A stretch of DNA of 64,000 nucleotides from a virus: the IMG/VR virus record IMGVR_UViG_3300048762_000330; one strand, 5' to 3'. Below are positions 45,326 to 56,288 of this stretch, piece after piece. The notes beneath the pieces were generated by a model that was given only the letters and a program-made list of their open reading frames with translations, was not told where the DNA came from and did no database searches. The position numbers were made by a program, and so were the translations under genes. Each line of letters starts with the position of its first letter. The first letter of the stretch is position 1.

Positions 45326-45673
45326 ATGAGTGAACCAAGACAGTACACGGAAGACGAAGTACGAAAAATCTTCATCCAACAAATTTGGGCAGAGCTTAAT
45401 TGGTGGGAAAAGGAAAGTCGTGCAGTTACTATTCATGAGAAACTAAGAGGACTTGCATTTTCCATATTGGTCACTCTTGATGGTGCATCAGCGATACCCG
45501 GTTTCCATGTGGTTCCCTGTGTAGCACCAGAAGACAAAGCCTACTACATAGAAAATGGAGAAAACTGGTATCCTGAACTTTCCAAAGAACAAGCCAAAAA
45601 AATGTGCGACATCGGCGGGGATCTCCATGAAGTTTTTCATGAACTCGATCCCGCTGCAACGAAATGGATTTAG
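45326..45673 (+). CDS. hypothetical protein
   Basis: coupled ORF. Confidence 0.55.
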   Translation: MSEPRQYTEDEVRKIFIQQIWAELNWWEKESRAVTIHEKLRGLAFSILVTLDGASAIPGFHVVPCVAPEDKAYYIENGENWYPELSKEQAKKMCDIGGDLHEVFHELDPAATKWI

Positions 45674-45785
45674 AAAATGGACGAAGAGATCTGTCCGCTA
45701 TGTAGATCTTGCCGTTCCAGCCAAAAAGAGTTTTTTGTAAGAAATGCAATCCGAACTACTAGATATATTCTGGATAAGTACATTT

Positions 45786-46211
45786 ATGGAAGAAGAAAAA
45801 AAACCTACCCTTGAAAATCCTTTCGGCCCCCGGAAATTCACACCGCCGCCAATAGTCAAACCAGAACCGAAACCGTCGTACAAGCCGCCGTATTATGTGT
45901 CGCAAGCTACGCTCAATTTTCTAGCAAAGCAGATTGAAACCGGCGCATTAACTGTAGACGAATTACCGATTGTGTATAAACTTTCATTGGGCATTGGCAA
46001 AGCTATGAACCGTGCTACTCCCACGGTTTCTGATGTAGAGATTGCCGTTATGTTTCGCAACTTGGAGCACACCCAAAAAATTGCTGCTGGTGAAGAAACG
46101 GTAGAAAAATTACGGCATACTTCGCAACAGGAAGTCATGCCCCGCAAAGAACGTATCGAATTTTGGAAACTGTTGGCGCAACGAGTTGTTGAAAATTACG
46201 AAACGCTTTAA
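45786..46211 (+). CDS. hypothetical protein
   Basis: MEEEKKP start within the predicted ORF. Confidence 0.5.
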   Translation: MEEEKKPTLENPFGPRKFTPPPIVKPEPKPSYKPPYYVSQATLNFLAKQIETGALTVDELPIVYKLSLGIGKAMNRATPTVSDVEIAVMFRNLEHTQKIAAGEETVEKLRHTSQQEVMPRKERIEFWKLLAQRVVENYETL

Positions 46212-46285
46212 ATACAGAGAGGTTGACATATTTAAAAAGTGCGGTATTCTAGTAATGGTCATTGTATCAAAGGTCAATAACATTC

Positions 46286-47254
46286 ATGCGAGACAATTAT
46301 TTTAACGGACCAGAAGATGACGGAGATGGAGATGAATCCCCAGTGCCAAATACCAAGATAAGTTCCAAGACCGAAACAGACATGGATTATAGTCAATGGC
46401 AAGTAGGTCCAAATGGAAAATATCGTGCAGCCGCCAGGACCGTTGTTAATTTACCATCTGGCGTTTACAAAATTGAACAAGACGATGCTGGTTTATATCT
46501 TCAACTTCAAAACGTCATCAGCGATAATATCGTTGAGTTGCCGGAAACTGCTAACACAACTGTTCTAAGTGGAATGAAAATTTTTTGGACACGTAAGGAC
46601 CGTTATGAGAAATACGGCTTTGTGTACAAGCGTGGCGTGCTGCTTTGGGGTCCAGCCGGGAGCGGGAAGACAGTAACTTTGAATCTGTTGATGAAAGAAC
46701 TTATCAATCTCAATGGAATTGTATTGCTTTGTGGGCATCCCGAATTTCTGTCTCATATGCTCCAACGCATTCGGCAAATGGAACCAGATCGGCCCATCAT
46801 TGTGGTCATGGAAGATATTGATGAGATCATTGAGAAGCATGGTGAGCATTCAATTCTTTCGATGCTTGACGGCGAAAATTCTATTGCCAATGTCGTATAT
46901 CTCGCCACGACTAACTTTCCAGAACGTTTAGGCGCACGTATTGTAAATCGCCCATCTCGTTTTGATGAAAGAATTTTTGTCGGTATGCCTTCTGAAGCTG
47001 CACGCAGAACATATTTGAAATTTGCAGCACCGGATTTGACCGAAGAAGAATTGGACAAGTGGGTGAAAGATACAGAGAATTTCAGTATCGCCCATTTGCG
47101 TGAATTAGTTGCAGCTTGTTATTGTTTGGATCAAGAGTATAAGGTTACTCTAAAACGTCTGCGTAGCATGACTGAGAAACCACGTGGCGGCGGTGATGGA
47201 TTCCGTAAGGGCAATGTGGGCTTCAATGAAGACGAAAAGGAAACAACAATATGA
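46286..47254 (+). CDS. AAA+ ATPase
   Basis: RGVLLWGPAGSGKT; VVMEDID; ATTN.PERL...NRPSRFD. Confidence 0.9.
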   Translation: MRDNYFNGPEDDGDGDESPVPNTKISSKTETDMDYSQWQVGPNGKYRAAARTVVNLPSGVYKIEQDDAGLYLQLQNVISDNIVELPETANTTVLSGMKIFWTRKDRYEKYGFVYKRGVLLWGPAGSGKTVTLNLLMKELINLNGIVLLCGHPEFLSHMLQRIRQMEPDRPIIVVMEDIDEIIEKHGEHSILSMLDGENSIANVVYLATTNFPERLGARIVNRPSRFDERIFVGMPSEAARRTYLKFAAPDLTEEELDKWVKDTENFSIAHLRELVAACYCLDQEYKVTLKRLRSMTEKPRGGGDGFRKGNVGFNEDEKETTI

Positions 47255-47535
47255 GCTTGCGAACATTTTTTGAACCTTTATACCGAGATTGTCCCAGTAA
47301 AAGAATGCAATCCGAAATCGAAGGAGAGTTACCCTTGACAAACGAATCAGATTCCCAATCACCACATACCCACGAATGGGGTTTGTGGGAAATTGTAAAA
47401 GAAGATGCACTCATTCGTTACAATTCCGAAACTTGGACGGACGATGAAATTGGTTCTTATCTTGACCAACGACGGCGCTGTGCAACATGTGGTAAATATG
47501 AACTTGATACACAAGTGACATACATAAATGACTAA
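47251..47535 (+). CDS. hypothetical protein
   Basis: coupled ORF. Confidence 0.45.
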   Translation: MSLRTFFEPLYRDCPSKRMQSEIEGELPLTNESDSQSPHTHEWGLWEIVKEDALIRYNSETWTDDEIGSYLDQRRRCATCGKYELDTQVTYIND

Positions 47536-47860
47536 TATGTTCGATCAAAACGAACCCGATATTTTTGGAGATGCGGAACGGCTTCATGAAAGTGAACCCT
47601 TTCAAGAAGTACAAAACGATTTTTCTAAAATTTCGGAAGAAGAATTTTTATATCGCTACAAAGCTACTAAGTTGCAATACCAAATTATCTTCACTGCTAT
47701 CCAAGAACTTCATAAAGTTAATGAAGTTCTCTCTGAAATGGGAGCACTCTCCATTGATCCTGAAATCGTAGAAAACACAACTTTACTAATTGAAGATTAT
47801 GCTCAGTTACTTGAACAAATGAATTCATCAAACTACTGGTATAATGAAGAAAATCGATAA
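47528..47860 (+). CDS. hypothetical acidic protein
   Basis: its stop lies inside the end of the convergent HNH element. Confidence 0.55.
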   Translation: MTNMFDQNEPDIFGDAERLHESEPFQEVQNDFSKISEEEFLYRYKATKLQYQIIFTAIQELHKVNEVLSEMGALSIDPEIVENTTLLIEDYAQLLEQMNSSNYWYNEENR

Positions 47861-48525
47861 TCTATCTGCGATCCGGTTTTTAAATAATGATGCCAATTTT
47901 TTCTGTTGCATGGAAAACACAAAGGTTGAATATTAGTAATGTAATCTGTGCCGCCTCTTGAAAGTGGAATGATATGATCTGGTGTTAAATGTCTTTCCGC
48001 TATATTAAGACGAGTTGCTAATTCTGATTCATGGACACCGCAATCCAAACATCGATTGTTATACTGTTCTTTTAGGTCGATCCAAGCTTGTGAAAGATAT
48101 GAACCTTCGGCTCCTGCTCGTTTGACCCGTTGACGATGCCCATATTCAAGACATTTTCCTGGATTATTTCGTTTCCACTTTCGGTGATTTTCAATATTCT
48201 TTTTTGAATTTATCTGTTGCCATAAAAGAGTCTGCTCGCATTTTTTTCTAGAATTTTTCTGATACCAGTTTTGATTTATGTTGCGTCTCTTTTCAGAGTT
48301 TTCTTTTGCCCATTTTTGTTTTTGTTTACTATGTTTTTCTTGATTAACTTTTGCCCACTTTCGTTTTGCTCCACAACTCTTTTCTGGATTATCTCGTGCC
48401 CATTCTTGACTCTGTTTGCGTGTGCAATTAACGCAATTTTTGCCGTTGACATATCTTTCTATTGATCCACACTTTACACAAGGTTTTCCTTCGTAATATT
48501 TTGGTGATAAATTATTTTCAGACAT
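47833..48525 (-). CDS. repeat-HNH element copy 5 (intact)
   Basis: MSENNLSPKYYEGKPC; TPDHIIPLSRGGTDYITNIQPLCFPCN; QIDYR + tail. Confidence 0.85.
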   Translation of the reverse strand: MSENNLSPKYYEGKPCVKCGSIERYVNGKNCVNCTRKQSQEWARDNPEKSCGAKRKWAKVNQEKHSKQKQKWAKENSEKRRNINQNWYQKNSRKKCEQTLLWQQINSKKNIENHRKWKRNNPGKCLEYGHRQRVKRAGAEGSYLSQAWIDLKEQYNNRCLDCGVHESELATRLNIAERHLTPDHIIPLSRGGTDYITNIQPLCFPCNRKNWHHYLKTGSQIDYRFSSLYQ

Positions 48526-48595
48526 GACGGGTCACTCCGTTGTGTTTAGGCTGCTTGCGAAGGTCAATACTTCACATGCAGCCGTTTGTATTTAG
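48526..48595 (-). promoter_or_regulatory. HNH element leader
   Basis: CTAAATA-CAAAC-GGCTGCATGTGAAG..CTTCGCAAGCAGCC-TAAACACAACGGAG. Confidence 0.85.
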
Positions 48596-48632
48596 CGCTT
48601 GACAAATCTTAATTCTATGGTTTAATAAAATT

Positions 48633-48944
48633 ATGACAAACACAAAACGACATCAATCAGAACTTGATAGAGTACAAACAAAGTACCACGAAGAAGATAG
48701 AGACCCTTGCACCACGGAAAAGGCAGAAGAAACCATAAGCATGACTCTAGATCGACTATTGGGAGAGTTAAGTGCCACTGCTCTTATGGTAGACGATCTT
48801 CGTGGCAAATCTTTTTCTGAAGGCGAAGCTAAAGCGGAAGCAAAGGATATTGAAAGCAACTGTCTTCAATCCCAGGCATGTCGTGCGGCAGCTAAAGCTA
48901 CAGAGATCAATCGCAGATTAAAATCAATTTTAGCTCGTCTGTAA
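48633..48944 (+). CDS. hypothetical coiled-coil protein
   Basis: sigma70 promoter TTGACA upstream; sits between two HNH elements. Confidence 0.55.
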   Translation: MTNTKRHQSELDRVQTKYHEEDRDPCTTEKAEETISMTLDRLLGELSATALMVDDLRGKSFSEGEAKAEAKDIESNCLQSQACRAAAKATEINRRLKSILARL

Positions 48945-49535
48945 ATGGTTACGAAAATTTATCTGTGCTCCAGTTTTCAAGTAGTGGTGCCAATTTTTTC
49001 TATTACAATCATGACATAACGGCTGTATGTTCCAAATCCAATTTGTACCTCCTCTTGAAAGCGGAACGATGTGATCTGGTTCCACTGGGCGCTGTCGTCC
49101 TGTTCTTGGATTTATAGGAAATTCTGATTTGTGTTTTTTGCAGTCAAGACAATGGTGCCCATATTGTTCGTTTAGGTCAACCCATTGCTTTGTGGAGTGA
49201 AAGCCTTCGGCTTGACGACGATTTGCTCGCTGTTTTGTTCTGGATATTCGCATACTTTCTCGATATTTTTCTGGATTGTTTTGTCTCCATTTTCTACTAC
49301 TTTCTTGATCTTTTTCTGAATTTTCTTGTTGCCAACTTTTAACTTTTTCTGGATTTTCTTTACGCCATTCATGAACTCTTTTACGAACTCTTTCTGGATT
49401 CACTTGATATGCTTGGTTAACATATTTGTGGGCACAATCAACACAACATTTACTTTTAACATACCTTTTTGTTGATCCACACTTCCGGCAAGGCTTCCCT
49501 TCATAAAATTTCGATGCTAAATTATCGTCAGACAT
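48930..49535 (-). CDS. repeat-HNH element copy 6 (intact, 4 repeats)
   Basis: MSDDNLASKFYEGKPC; EPDHIVPLSRGGTNWIWNIQPLCHDCN; QINFR + tail. Confidence 0.85.
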   Translation of the reverse strand: MSDDNLASKFYEGKPCRKCGSTKRYVKSKCCVDCAHKYVNQAYQVNPERVRKRVHEWRKENPEKVKSWQQENSEKDQESSRKWRQNNPEKYRESMRISRTKQRANRRQAEGFHSTKQWVDLNEQYGHHCLDCKKHKSEFPINPRTGRQRPVEPDHIVPLSRGGTNWIWNIQPLCHDCNRKNWHHYLKTGAQINFRNHLQTS

Positions 49536-49607
49536 TGCGCTCTCCAAAGTGCTTTGTTCAGGCTGTGTGCGAAGGTCAATACTTCACTCACAGCCGTCTC
49601 TATTTAG
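49536..49607 (-). promoter_or_regulatory. HNH element leader
   Basis: CTAAATA-GAGAC-GGCTGTGAGTGAAG..CTTCGCACACAGCC-TGAACAAAG. Confidence 0.85.
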
Positions 49608-49651
49608 CACTAACCAAACACTCAAACAAACGACCTTGAAGATATAAATAA

Positions 49652-50119
49652 ATGCAGGAAGATAAACTTATGTTGTCAAATTCGTATTACGCCAAATTTT
49701 TTGGGGATGCCCTTTTGAAAGAAATATTTCATCTAGACGAAGAGCTAACACAGGCAATTGCCACCAAACAAGACCCGGTAGTTGAAGATGAATTAGAACA
49801 CTCTTTGGATGTTGCTTTATCCGAAGCTGATGTTGAAGGCACTAAACTTTTGAGCGAAGCCAAGAAGCCTAAATACCACGTCTATTCGGCATATGGTGGA
49901 ACTCGGTTATCCTCACATCACTCTTTAGCAGCCGCCCACAAAGCTGCCGTTAAGCACAGCGATAAACAGCCAGTACATGTTTGGACCGCAACAGGCGGTG
50001 AATTAGGGATGGGTAAGCCGGTGGCTCATTATAGTAATGGGAAGAAAACTGTCTTTGAAGATGTGAAGTTTGAAAAAGATCTTGATTCTATGATGAAATT
50101 GATAATCGGTAATCAATAA
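49652..50119 (+). CDS. late acidic protein, possibly virion-internal
   Basis: TATAAATA upstream; LSEA motifs; last codons (IGNQ*) derive from the antisense HNH end. Confidence 0.55.
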   Translation: MQEDKLMLSNSYYAKFFGDALLKEIFHLDEELTQAIATKQDPVVEDELEHSLDVALSEADVEGTKLLSEAKKPKYHVYSAYGGTRLSSHHSLAAAHKAAVKHSDKQPVHVWTATGGELGMGKPVAHYSNGKKTVFEDVKFEKDLDSMMKLIIGNQ

Positions 50120-50670
50120 TTTTTGTTCCTTTATGTGCCATATCATTGCAAGTGTGGCACAACGGTTGTATGTTTGAAATCCAATTTGTTCCACCTTTTG
50201 AAAGTGGAACAACATGATCGTATTCCATTGAATGCGGTCGTCCTGTTCTTGGGTTTACGGGAAATTCTGACTCATGAATTTTACAACAAAGACATTTATT
50301 GCCGTACTTTTCTTTTAGGTCAATTCGTTCCTGTGCCGTGTTAAATCCTTCTGCTCCTGCTCGTCTTGCACGAGCTTTTATATTCCCATTTCGATGTAGT
50401 TCTCGATAGCGTTCAGGATTATTTTTCTTCCACTTTTGTTGTTTCTCAAATACTTTGTCCGGGTTGGCTTGATCCCACTTCCGATTATTCTTACGAACCT
50501 TTTCTGGATTTTCTTGTTGCCATTTTTTAACACTCTTATAATGTTTTTCTAAATTTGCTTGGACCCATTTTCGCTTCTGTTCACGATTCTTTTCTGGATT
50601 TGCTTGCACCCATTTCTGTTGTGATTCATGTTTCTTTTCTGGATTTTCTTGCGCCCATTTTTGAGCATTT
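50088..50670 (-). pseudogene. repeat-HNH element copy 7, 5'-truncated
   Basis: repeats + EYDHVVPLSKGGTNWISNIQPLCHTC + KGTKIIDYR; no Zn finger or leader. Confidence 0.75.
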
Positions 50671-51223
50671 CTATCATGGCTTAGAGCACATCAAAGAGTG
50701 CTTTGCCGAATTATACAAACTCATCGATGCTGGTCTAATTGAAAACGAAGAAAGTATGCGAATCGCTTTGTGGTACCATGATTACTTTCAAAACCACACA
50801 GCCGACGATGAAGAACGGTCTGCTTTAAAAGCCTACGATGCTGCCATTTCGTTGGGCTACGATGAAGCATTTGCAAAAATCGTGCGGCGGCTAGTCCTGG
50901 TGACGAAGCATGGTATGTATTTTCCAGAAACGAATGATGAACAATTTATGTGCGACATTGATCTGACCGGGTTCGCCGCCGAAGATTTCCAAGCCCGAAC
51001 TGATCGAGTCCGCATGGAGTACCCAGATGTGCCATTAGAAGCCTTCATAGTGGCACGCAGAGGCATTCTGAGAGGCTTTATGGACCGTCCGCATATCTAC
51101 TACACCCCTTACTATCAAAAGCGCTGTGAGGCTAAAGCACGCCAAAACTTGAATGATGCAATTGATGGCTGTAGGCACGGTGTTTCTTACGAGCATCGTT
51201 GCTTTGAATGCAAAGTAGAATAA
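50665..51223 (+). pseudogene. HD-domain phosphohydrolase, N-terminus lost
   Basis: YHGLEHI...ALWYHD...EERSA...TKH...DIDL; upstream in-frame sequence is antisense HNH repeats. Confidence 0.7.
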
Positions 51224-51271
51224 CTTCATACATCTATTGACTTTTGAACTTAGATTTGGTACACTTGAGAC

Positions 51272-51586
51272 ATGGAAATACCTAATCTTTGTGATCGCAT
51301 CCTTTACGACGGTCATACTTACAGGGTCAATGGTTATCTCAAAACCGTTACCTTTGCTATTGCCCCTTTCGCAATAAACGGTGTCAATATCGTTGATGCA
51401 ACGACGGTTACCCGGCAAGTCTTTTGCAGCCGGGAAGAAGCCGAACTCGTTACCGCTGTTGGCGTTTGTGGCGTGCAAATACCTGTAAACGAAGCAGTTG
51501 TGGTTGGTCGAGTCGAATGGACCGATGCACAAATTGCTTGTGAAAAAGCGGACTATGCCCTGTTTATGGGACTCTTCGTTTTTTAA
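51272..51586 (+). CDS. hypothetical protein
   Basis: downstream of a TTGACT promoter. Confidence 0.5.
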   Translation: MEIPNLCDRILYDGHTYRVNGYLKTVTFAIAPFAINGVNIVDATTVTRQVFCSREEAELVTAVGVCGVQIPVNEAVVVGRVEWTDAQIACEKADYALFMGLFVF

Positions 51587-52266
51587 GGTACATCTATTGA
51601 CTTTTTGGTCGAAATCTGCTATTATGAAGCTGAAGGTATGAAAACCATGAAAACCAAGATTTGCGAAGTTTGCGAAAAAAGAAAACCGATCAACCAACTC
51701 AAATCGGGCCGCTATTGCGCTATGTTGGTCTGCGATACCTGCCGTGAAACCGCTGAACCCAATGAAGAATGGCCGGAAGAGTGGTCGGACGCCGAATAAA
51801 GTAGGTCATGAAAACCATTTTCAACAACGGCATTTTCTGGCGCTATCGTCCTGGTATCGTCTACACAGCGATGTATTACGGATGGAATATCAACATCCGT
51901 TTCATTCCTGCCCGCCACCCGGTAACTAAAAAAGCCGGATGCTGGCGGCTATTTGTGAGCAAGGGAATCGGCGGCGGGATCGGTCTTTCGTTTTCTCATC
52001 AATTTCACGAAACCATTGAAGCTGCACGCAAATATGGTAAAAAGCTAGTAGACGAAGCCAAATAAGATTTGATGCATCTATTGACTTCCGTTGCCGAAAT
52101 CTGGTAAGATAAAATTATGAAACTGACAAAAGACCAACGTGAGGATCTTCAAAGGACCCTCCAAGAAGACGAAGATCGGTTCTGCGACGAAGACGTAATG
52201 CGTGATCTTTGCCCAGAGCCGGATTTCGATGAAGATTACACCGAATTGGACAGGTGGTAACAACCC

Positions 52267-52458
52267 ATGACAAAGAAACCGAAGGTGAAGCTCATAGGTC
52301 GTGACGGAAACGCTTTCAGCATCCTGGGGTTCTGTCACCAAGCCGCAAAAAAGGCTAACTGGACAGACGAACAATGGAAGCTCGTTCAGACTGAAATGAT
52401 GAGCGGAGATTACGATAATCTTCTCCGAACGGCCACAGAGCATTTCAAGGTGTCCTAA
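52267..52458 (+). CDS. small conserved hypothetical protein
   Basis: VKLIGRDGNAFSILG...SGDYDNLL. Confidence 0.65.
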   Translation: MTKKPKVKLIGRDGNAFSILGFCHQAAKKANWTDEQWKLVQTEMMSGDYDNLLRTATEHFKVS

Positions 52459-52805
52459 TGAAACTGATGACGAAAGAAGTCGCCGCCCGAATTCCTACTC
52501 TCTATTCCCAAGAGCACAATTCCAATCCGACCGTCCAGGCAAAGTTTTTCACGCCATGGACGAATTGGACATGGTATGTAATCGAAGGCGAAAAGACTTC
52601 CGAGTGGGTGGAAGGCAAGCAGCAAAAAGTCGCCGACTGGCTATTTTTCGGCTATGTGGTTGGGCACGAATGCGAGCTTGGCTACTTCACGCTGAATGAG
52701 CTTGCCAGTGTTCGTGGACCGGCTGGCCTGAAAATCGAGCGGGACATGTATTTTAAACCCACTCCGTTGTCCGACATCAAAGCGAAGCATCTCGATGAAA
52801 AATAA
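52458..52805 (+). CDS. DUF2958-like protein
   Basis: P.LYSQE...V..KFFTPW.NWTWY..E...FGYV.G.E.ELGYF.L.EL. Confidence 0.7.
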   Translation: MKLMTKEVAARIPTLYSQEHNSNPTVQAKFFTPWTNWTWYVIEGEKTSEWVEGKQQKVADWLFFGYVVGHECELGYFTLNELASVRGPAGLKIERDMYFKPTPLSDIKAKHLDEK

Positions 52806-53706
52806 ACCCACCTGCGAAGACATGCTCACCGCCGCCGAATGGCTGGATGTCAATGGCAGTCAAGCCAAAGACGGCGATAATGAAGATGAAATGGCATCTT
52901 GCACCAAGGTCGCTGAATGGCTTCGTGCCAAGGTTGAAAAGGCTGACAAAAAACGGCTCGAAGAAACTGCCGTTGAAGAGATTTTATTGCGGCTTGAAGG
53001 TACGGGCACAACCAAGCAGGAAGCAAGAGCTAAAAAATTCCTTTCTGTGTGCGAACAAGAACAGGTTCGAAAACTCTTTCTTACCGGGCAGACCGCCGAT
53101 GGCCTTCAATACAAATTTCTCGATGAACTCATAGATGCTTTGCAGAGCAGAGGATTTGAAGTTGGCGTGAGAACCAACGGGTATCTTGCAAAAAAGAAAC
53201 TCACCGCCATTCAAAAAATGCAGGGCGAAATCGGCTATTCAATCCATACGATTCGGCCAGAAACTAACAAGCTAATCATGGGCCGAAGAGATCTGCCGGA
53301 TTGGGAAACAATCATTCCAGCCAGCGGCTCGAATGTGCGGGTCGCCATCGTGCTCAACCGCTACAATGTTACGGAATTTGACGAGATTGTCAAGTACATT
53401 GCAAAATTCCCGAATGTGCGCTACATTCAAGTAAGACGAATTTCAACGGATACTCGTCTTGCTTTGTTGCAAGAAGACATAGCGCTTTTTGAAAAATTCT
53501 ACACACAGTTTTCGGCCACGCATGAACAAACCGGAAGGTATTACAAAGCTCAACAATTTGAAGTGGAAGGAAAAGAAGTAGTCTTCTGGCGAACGATTGA
53601 GACATCAGTCAACAGCCTCAACTATTTTACTGACGGTACGGTCAGTGATGAATACTTTATTATTGAAGGGTACTTGAAGAACTTGGAGAGACCAAAATGC
53701 CAGTGA
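52795..53706 (+). pseudogene. chimera of a hypothetical N-terminus and a radical-SAM-like C-terminus lacking CxxxCxxC
   Basis: after about 53030: LFLTGQTAD, VRTNGY, IGYSIH, VRYIQVRRISTD; no Fe-S motif. Confidence 0.5.
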
Positions 53707-53911
53707 ACTGGAGAAAACTAAAACATCTCATGAGTCGTCGTGAGATCAAATACATGGAGCGGTTTGAACGCTTGGCTCTCGCAGTTTCCGTTACTCAAAA
53801 GGCAGCAGATAAAGCTTGGTCCAAGTACAAGGTCATGACCACCAAAGACGGCTTTCCAAAGTGTTTACAAGACGAATATGATCGTCTCAGAAAAGAAAGG
53901 GTAACAACAAA

Positions 53912-54211
53912 ATGAGAACGAGAACGGTTAAATTATCAGAAATCGCTGCATCGCCGGAATTACGATTCGACGCTGAGTATTGGTTAGCACATAAGACGCC
54001 GGAACAACCGAAACAAGAACAGACGCCGGATGAAGCGATTGATTTGCTCCGCTCACTGGTATTCGAGTATGAGCGCAAATTAACCGAACAGGTGAGCCAA
54101 GATACCGCTGAAAATATCACCGAAGACTACCACGCTGCTTTGGTTATGCTTCAGCGCTTTGTGGATGACCAAATACTCGAAGGCGGCAGCGACGAAGAAA
54201 CATTACCGTAA
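53912..54211 (+). CDS. hypothetical protein
   Basis: RFDAEYW motif; clean ORF. Confidence 0.5.
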   Translation: MRTRTVKLSEIAASPELRFDAEYWLAHKTPEQPKQEQTPDEAIDLLRSLVFEYERKLTEQVSQDTAENITEDYHAALVMLQRFVDDQILEGGSDEETLP

Positions 54212-54212
54212 A

Positions 54213-54233
54213 TGCAGCCGTTTCTATATTTAG
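54213..54233 (-). mobile_element. scar of the HNH element 5' end
   Basis: minus strand CTAAATA-TAGAAAC-GGCTGCA, then homology stops. Confidence 0.55.
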
Positions 54234-54473
54234 AACCGTTTTAATTTGATATACTTAAATCTAGGACAATAATGACACACAAAAAGTTAAACGAAATTCA
54301 TCAAGCTCTAGACTTATAGCTACCAACTGTCAGAAACACATTAGCGCCGGTCACAATGACGATCAACTGGATGTTGACGTGTGGTTGCGCCGTGGCATTG
54401 CTGACCTGGACTTTGATCCCGTTTATTTTTTGGCGTCAGGTAAGACATCGCCGGAAGGATGGGCAGTAAATAA

Positions 54474-54875
54474 ATGATTTACATCGACAGAATTTCCAAA
54501 GACAAGTTGTCCAAGGTTCGTTTTGGATTCGATCTTAATGGCAATACTTTACAATACGTAGAGCATTACACATTCAACCGAGACACGGTGAAAGAGCCGT
54601 GGGGAGATCGCTGGCCGAAGGCACTCTCATACGATGCTTGGTGCAAATCGCATGATCTGGAGCCTTCCTATTGCGAATGCGACCATAATGGTTTGCAAGA
54701 TCAATATCATGAATACCAGGAGAAAATGAATCCTGTGTGCCATCGCACAAAAAACGGCAAATCCAAGATGTCTGGTGTGTGGTGCATGGATACAAAAGTG
54801 CTGCCACCGTGCCCCGACGTGAGCAAAGAAGCATTGGTAAAGTACACCACGTCTCTTAGGGTGAAATGCAAGTAA
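54474..54875 (+). CDS. hypothetical protein
   Basis: clean ORF. Confidence 0.5.
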   Translation: MIYIDRISKDKLSKVRFGFDLNGNTLQYVEHYTFNRDTVKEPWGDRWPKALSYDAWCKSHDLEPSYCECDHNGLQDQYHEYQEKMNPVCHRTKNGKSKMSGVWCMDTKVLPPCPDVSKEALVKYTTSLRVKCK

Positions 54876-54882
54876 AGGATTT

Positions 54883-55107
54883 ATGACCGACAAAACGATA
54901 CAAAGAAAACTGAACCAACTCCGCAAGATTGCAAATGAATTGAATGAAGAAGCTATACTTCGGTTCGAACATGGCTCATTATTTTACGAGTCTGGAGGAA
55001 CTTTTTACATGATGGATGGAGATTCCGATAGTGGAACAGCAGAACGTCAAGCACACATTCAATTCAATTCTGACGGATATTGTCACATGGGTTGTGGATC
55101 TTGGTAA
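54883..55107 (+). CDS. hypothetical protein
   Basis: AAGGA RBS. Confidence 0.55.
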   Translation: MTDKTIQRKLNQLRKIANELNEEAILRFEHGSLFYESGGTFYMMDGDSDSGTAERQAHIQFNSDGYCHMGCGSW

Positions 55108-55262
55108 CACCTAAATACTCTTAATGCACACACATGAATTATTTTTGGAATTGGAGTGACCAGACTTCCTTTCCGTTGATGGTGTAATTGCAGAGTTTCA
55201 TTCTGTTTGCAACGAAAACGTGATAAAATAGAAAGGTATTTGAGACAAAAAGGGAGGATTTT

Positions 55263-55859
55263 ATGAAGTTTTCACTCTGGATCGATTCGGACGGAGTTTT
55301 GGCCTCATATGAAGAGATGTACAAAAAGCTTGGTGGTGATTTATTAGAAAAAGGCAAAGTGAAGGCGATGCGGTTTAAATCAATGCCACATTTTTTTGCA
55401 ACGCTCCCATTATGCCCGGACGCCAGAAAATTGTGGAATTTTTGTAAATCGCTTGATCCAGATTTTTATGTATTAACCGCTGCTTCTAATTATTCGCCTA
55501 CTAGTCGTGAAGATAAAGAACATTGGTATCGTAAAAATTTCAATTTCGGCGGATCTCATTTGGTTATAACTGCCTATCCCACAGACAAGCAAAAATACGC
55601 AGGTCCAAACAAAATTCTTGTCGATGACAACCCTAAAAATTGTTCTGAATGGGAGCGTGCTGGTGGCATTGCCATCGAACATAAAACGGTAGATAACACA
55701 ATTAACCAATTAAAGGCGCTGTATGGGCACGGAGAAGCCTTCCACGCCGTCGAAGCGGTTCAGCCTACCTACGAGACTCCAAATCTCATTGAAGCCTTCC
55801 AGCGCCTTCCTACATCCAATGTGGTGGAAACGATCAACAACATCAACGACTTGGATTAG
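55263..55859 (+). CDS. HAD-family 5'(3')-deoxyribonucleotidase-like protein
   Basis: WIDSDGVLA; VLTA; K..W; ILVDDNPKN..EW...GG.AI. Confidence 0.8.
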   Translation: MKFSLWIDSDGVLASYEEMYKKLGGDLLEKGKVKAMRFKSMPHFFATLPLCPDARKLWNFCKSLDPDFYVLTAASNYSPTSREDKEHWYRKNFNFGGSHLVITAYPTDKQKYAGPNKILVDDNPKNCSEWERAGGIAIEHKTVDNTINQLKALYGHGEAFHAVEAVQPTYETPNLIEAFQRLPTSNVVETINNINDLD

Positions 55860-55913
55860 TGATCTCCATAAATAGTATGGATGCTTTCTTTTTAGGGATC
55901 ACTCGCTCCATAT

Positions 55914-56288
55914 TTGGACGATGGATTAAACGTCATGGCCGATGCTCACGACTTCCTACTCGATTCGGTTTTCTGTGAGTATGCCTACATCGTCAATTTG
56001 GACGATATGACGCTCGAATTCTATGGTGGATTCAACGATAAAAAATTTCCTGCCGGTGTTGGTGGTCGTTATGCCGCAATGCAACAACCGCCAATAAAAC
56101 GGGCAGATGGCACTATACACCAATCTGAATATTATGGTGTTGTTCTAATGGACGCTATTCTACTAGCCGACCTTCCGAAGACGAAACGTTGCAAGATGTT
56201 CGTCAACAAAACCATTGGTCGGTGGAGTAAACTCTGTCATGAAGCCGCTAGGAGTGAAAGTGAAAACTTTATATTTGAGACACTATGA
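55914..56288 (+). pseudogene. C-terminal part of a hypothetical protein
   Basis: DSVFCEYAYIVNLD...LEFY.G; no credible start. Confidence 0.4.
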
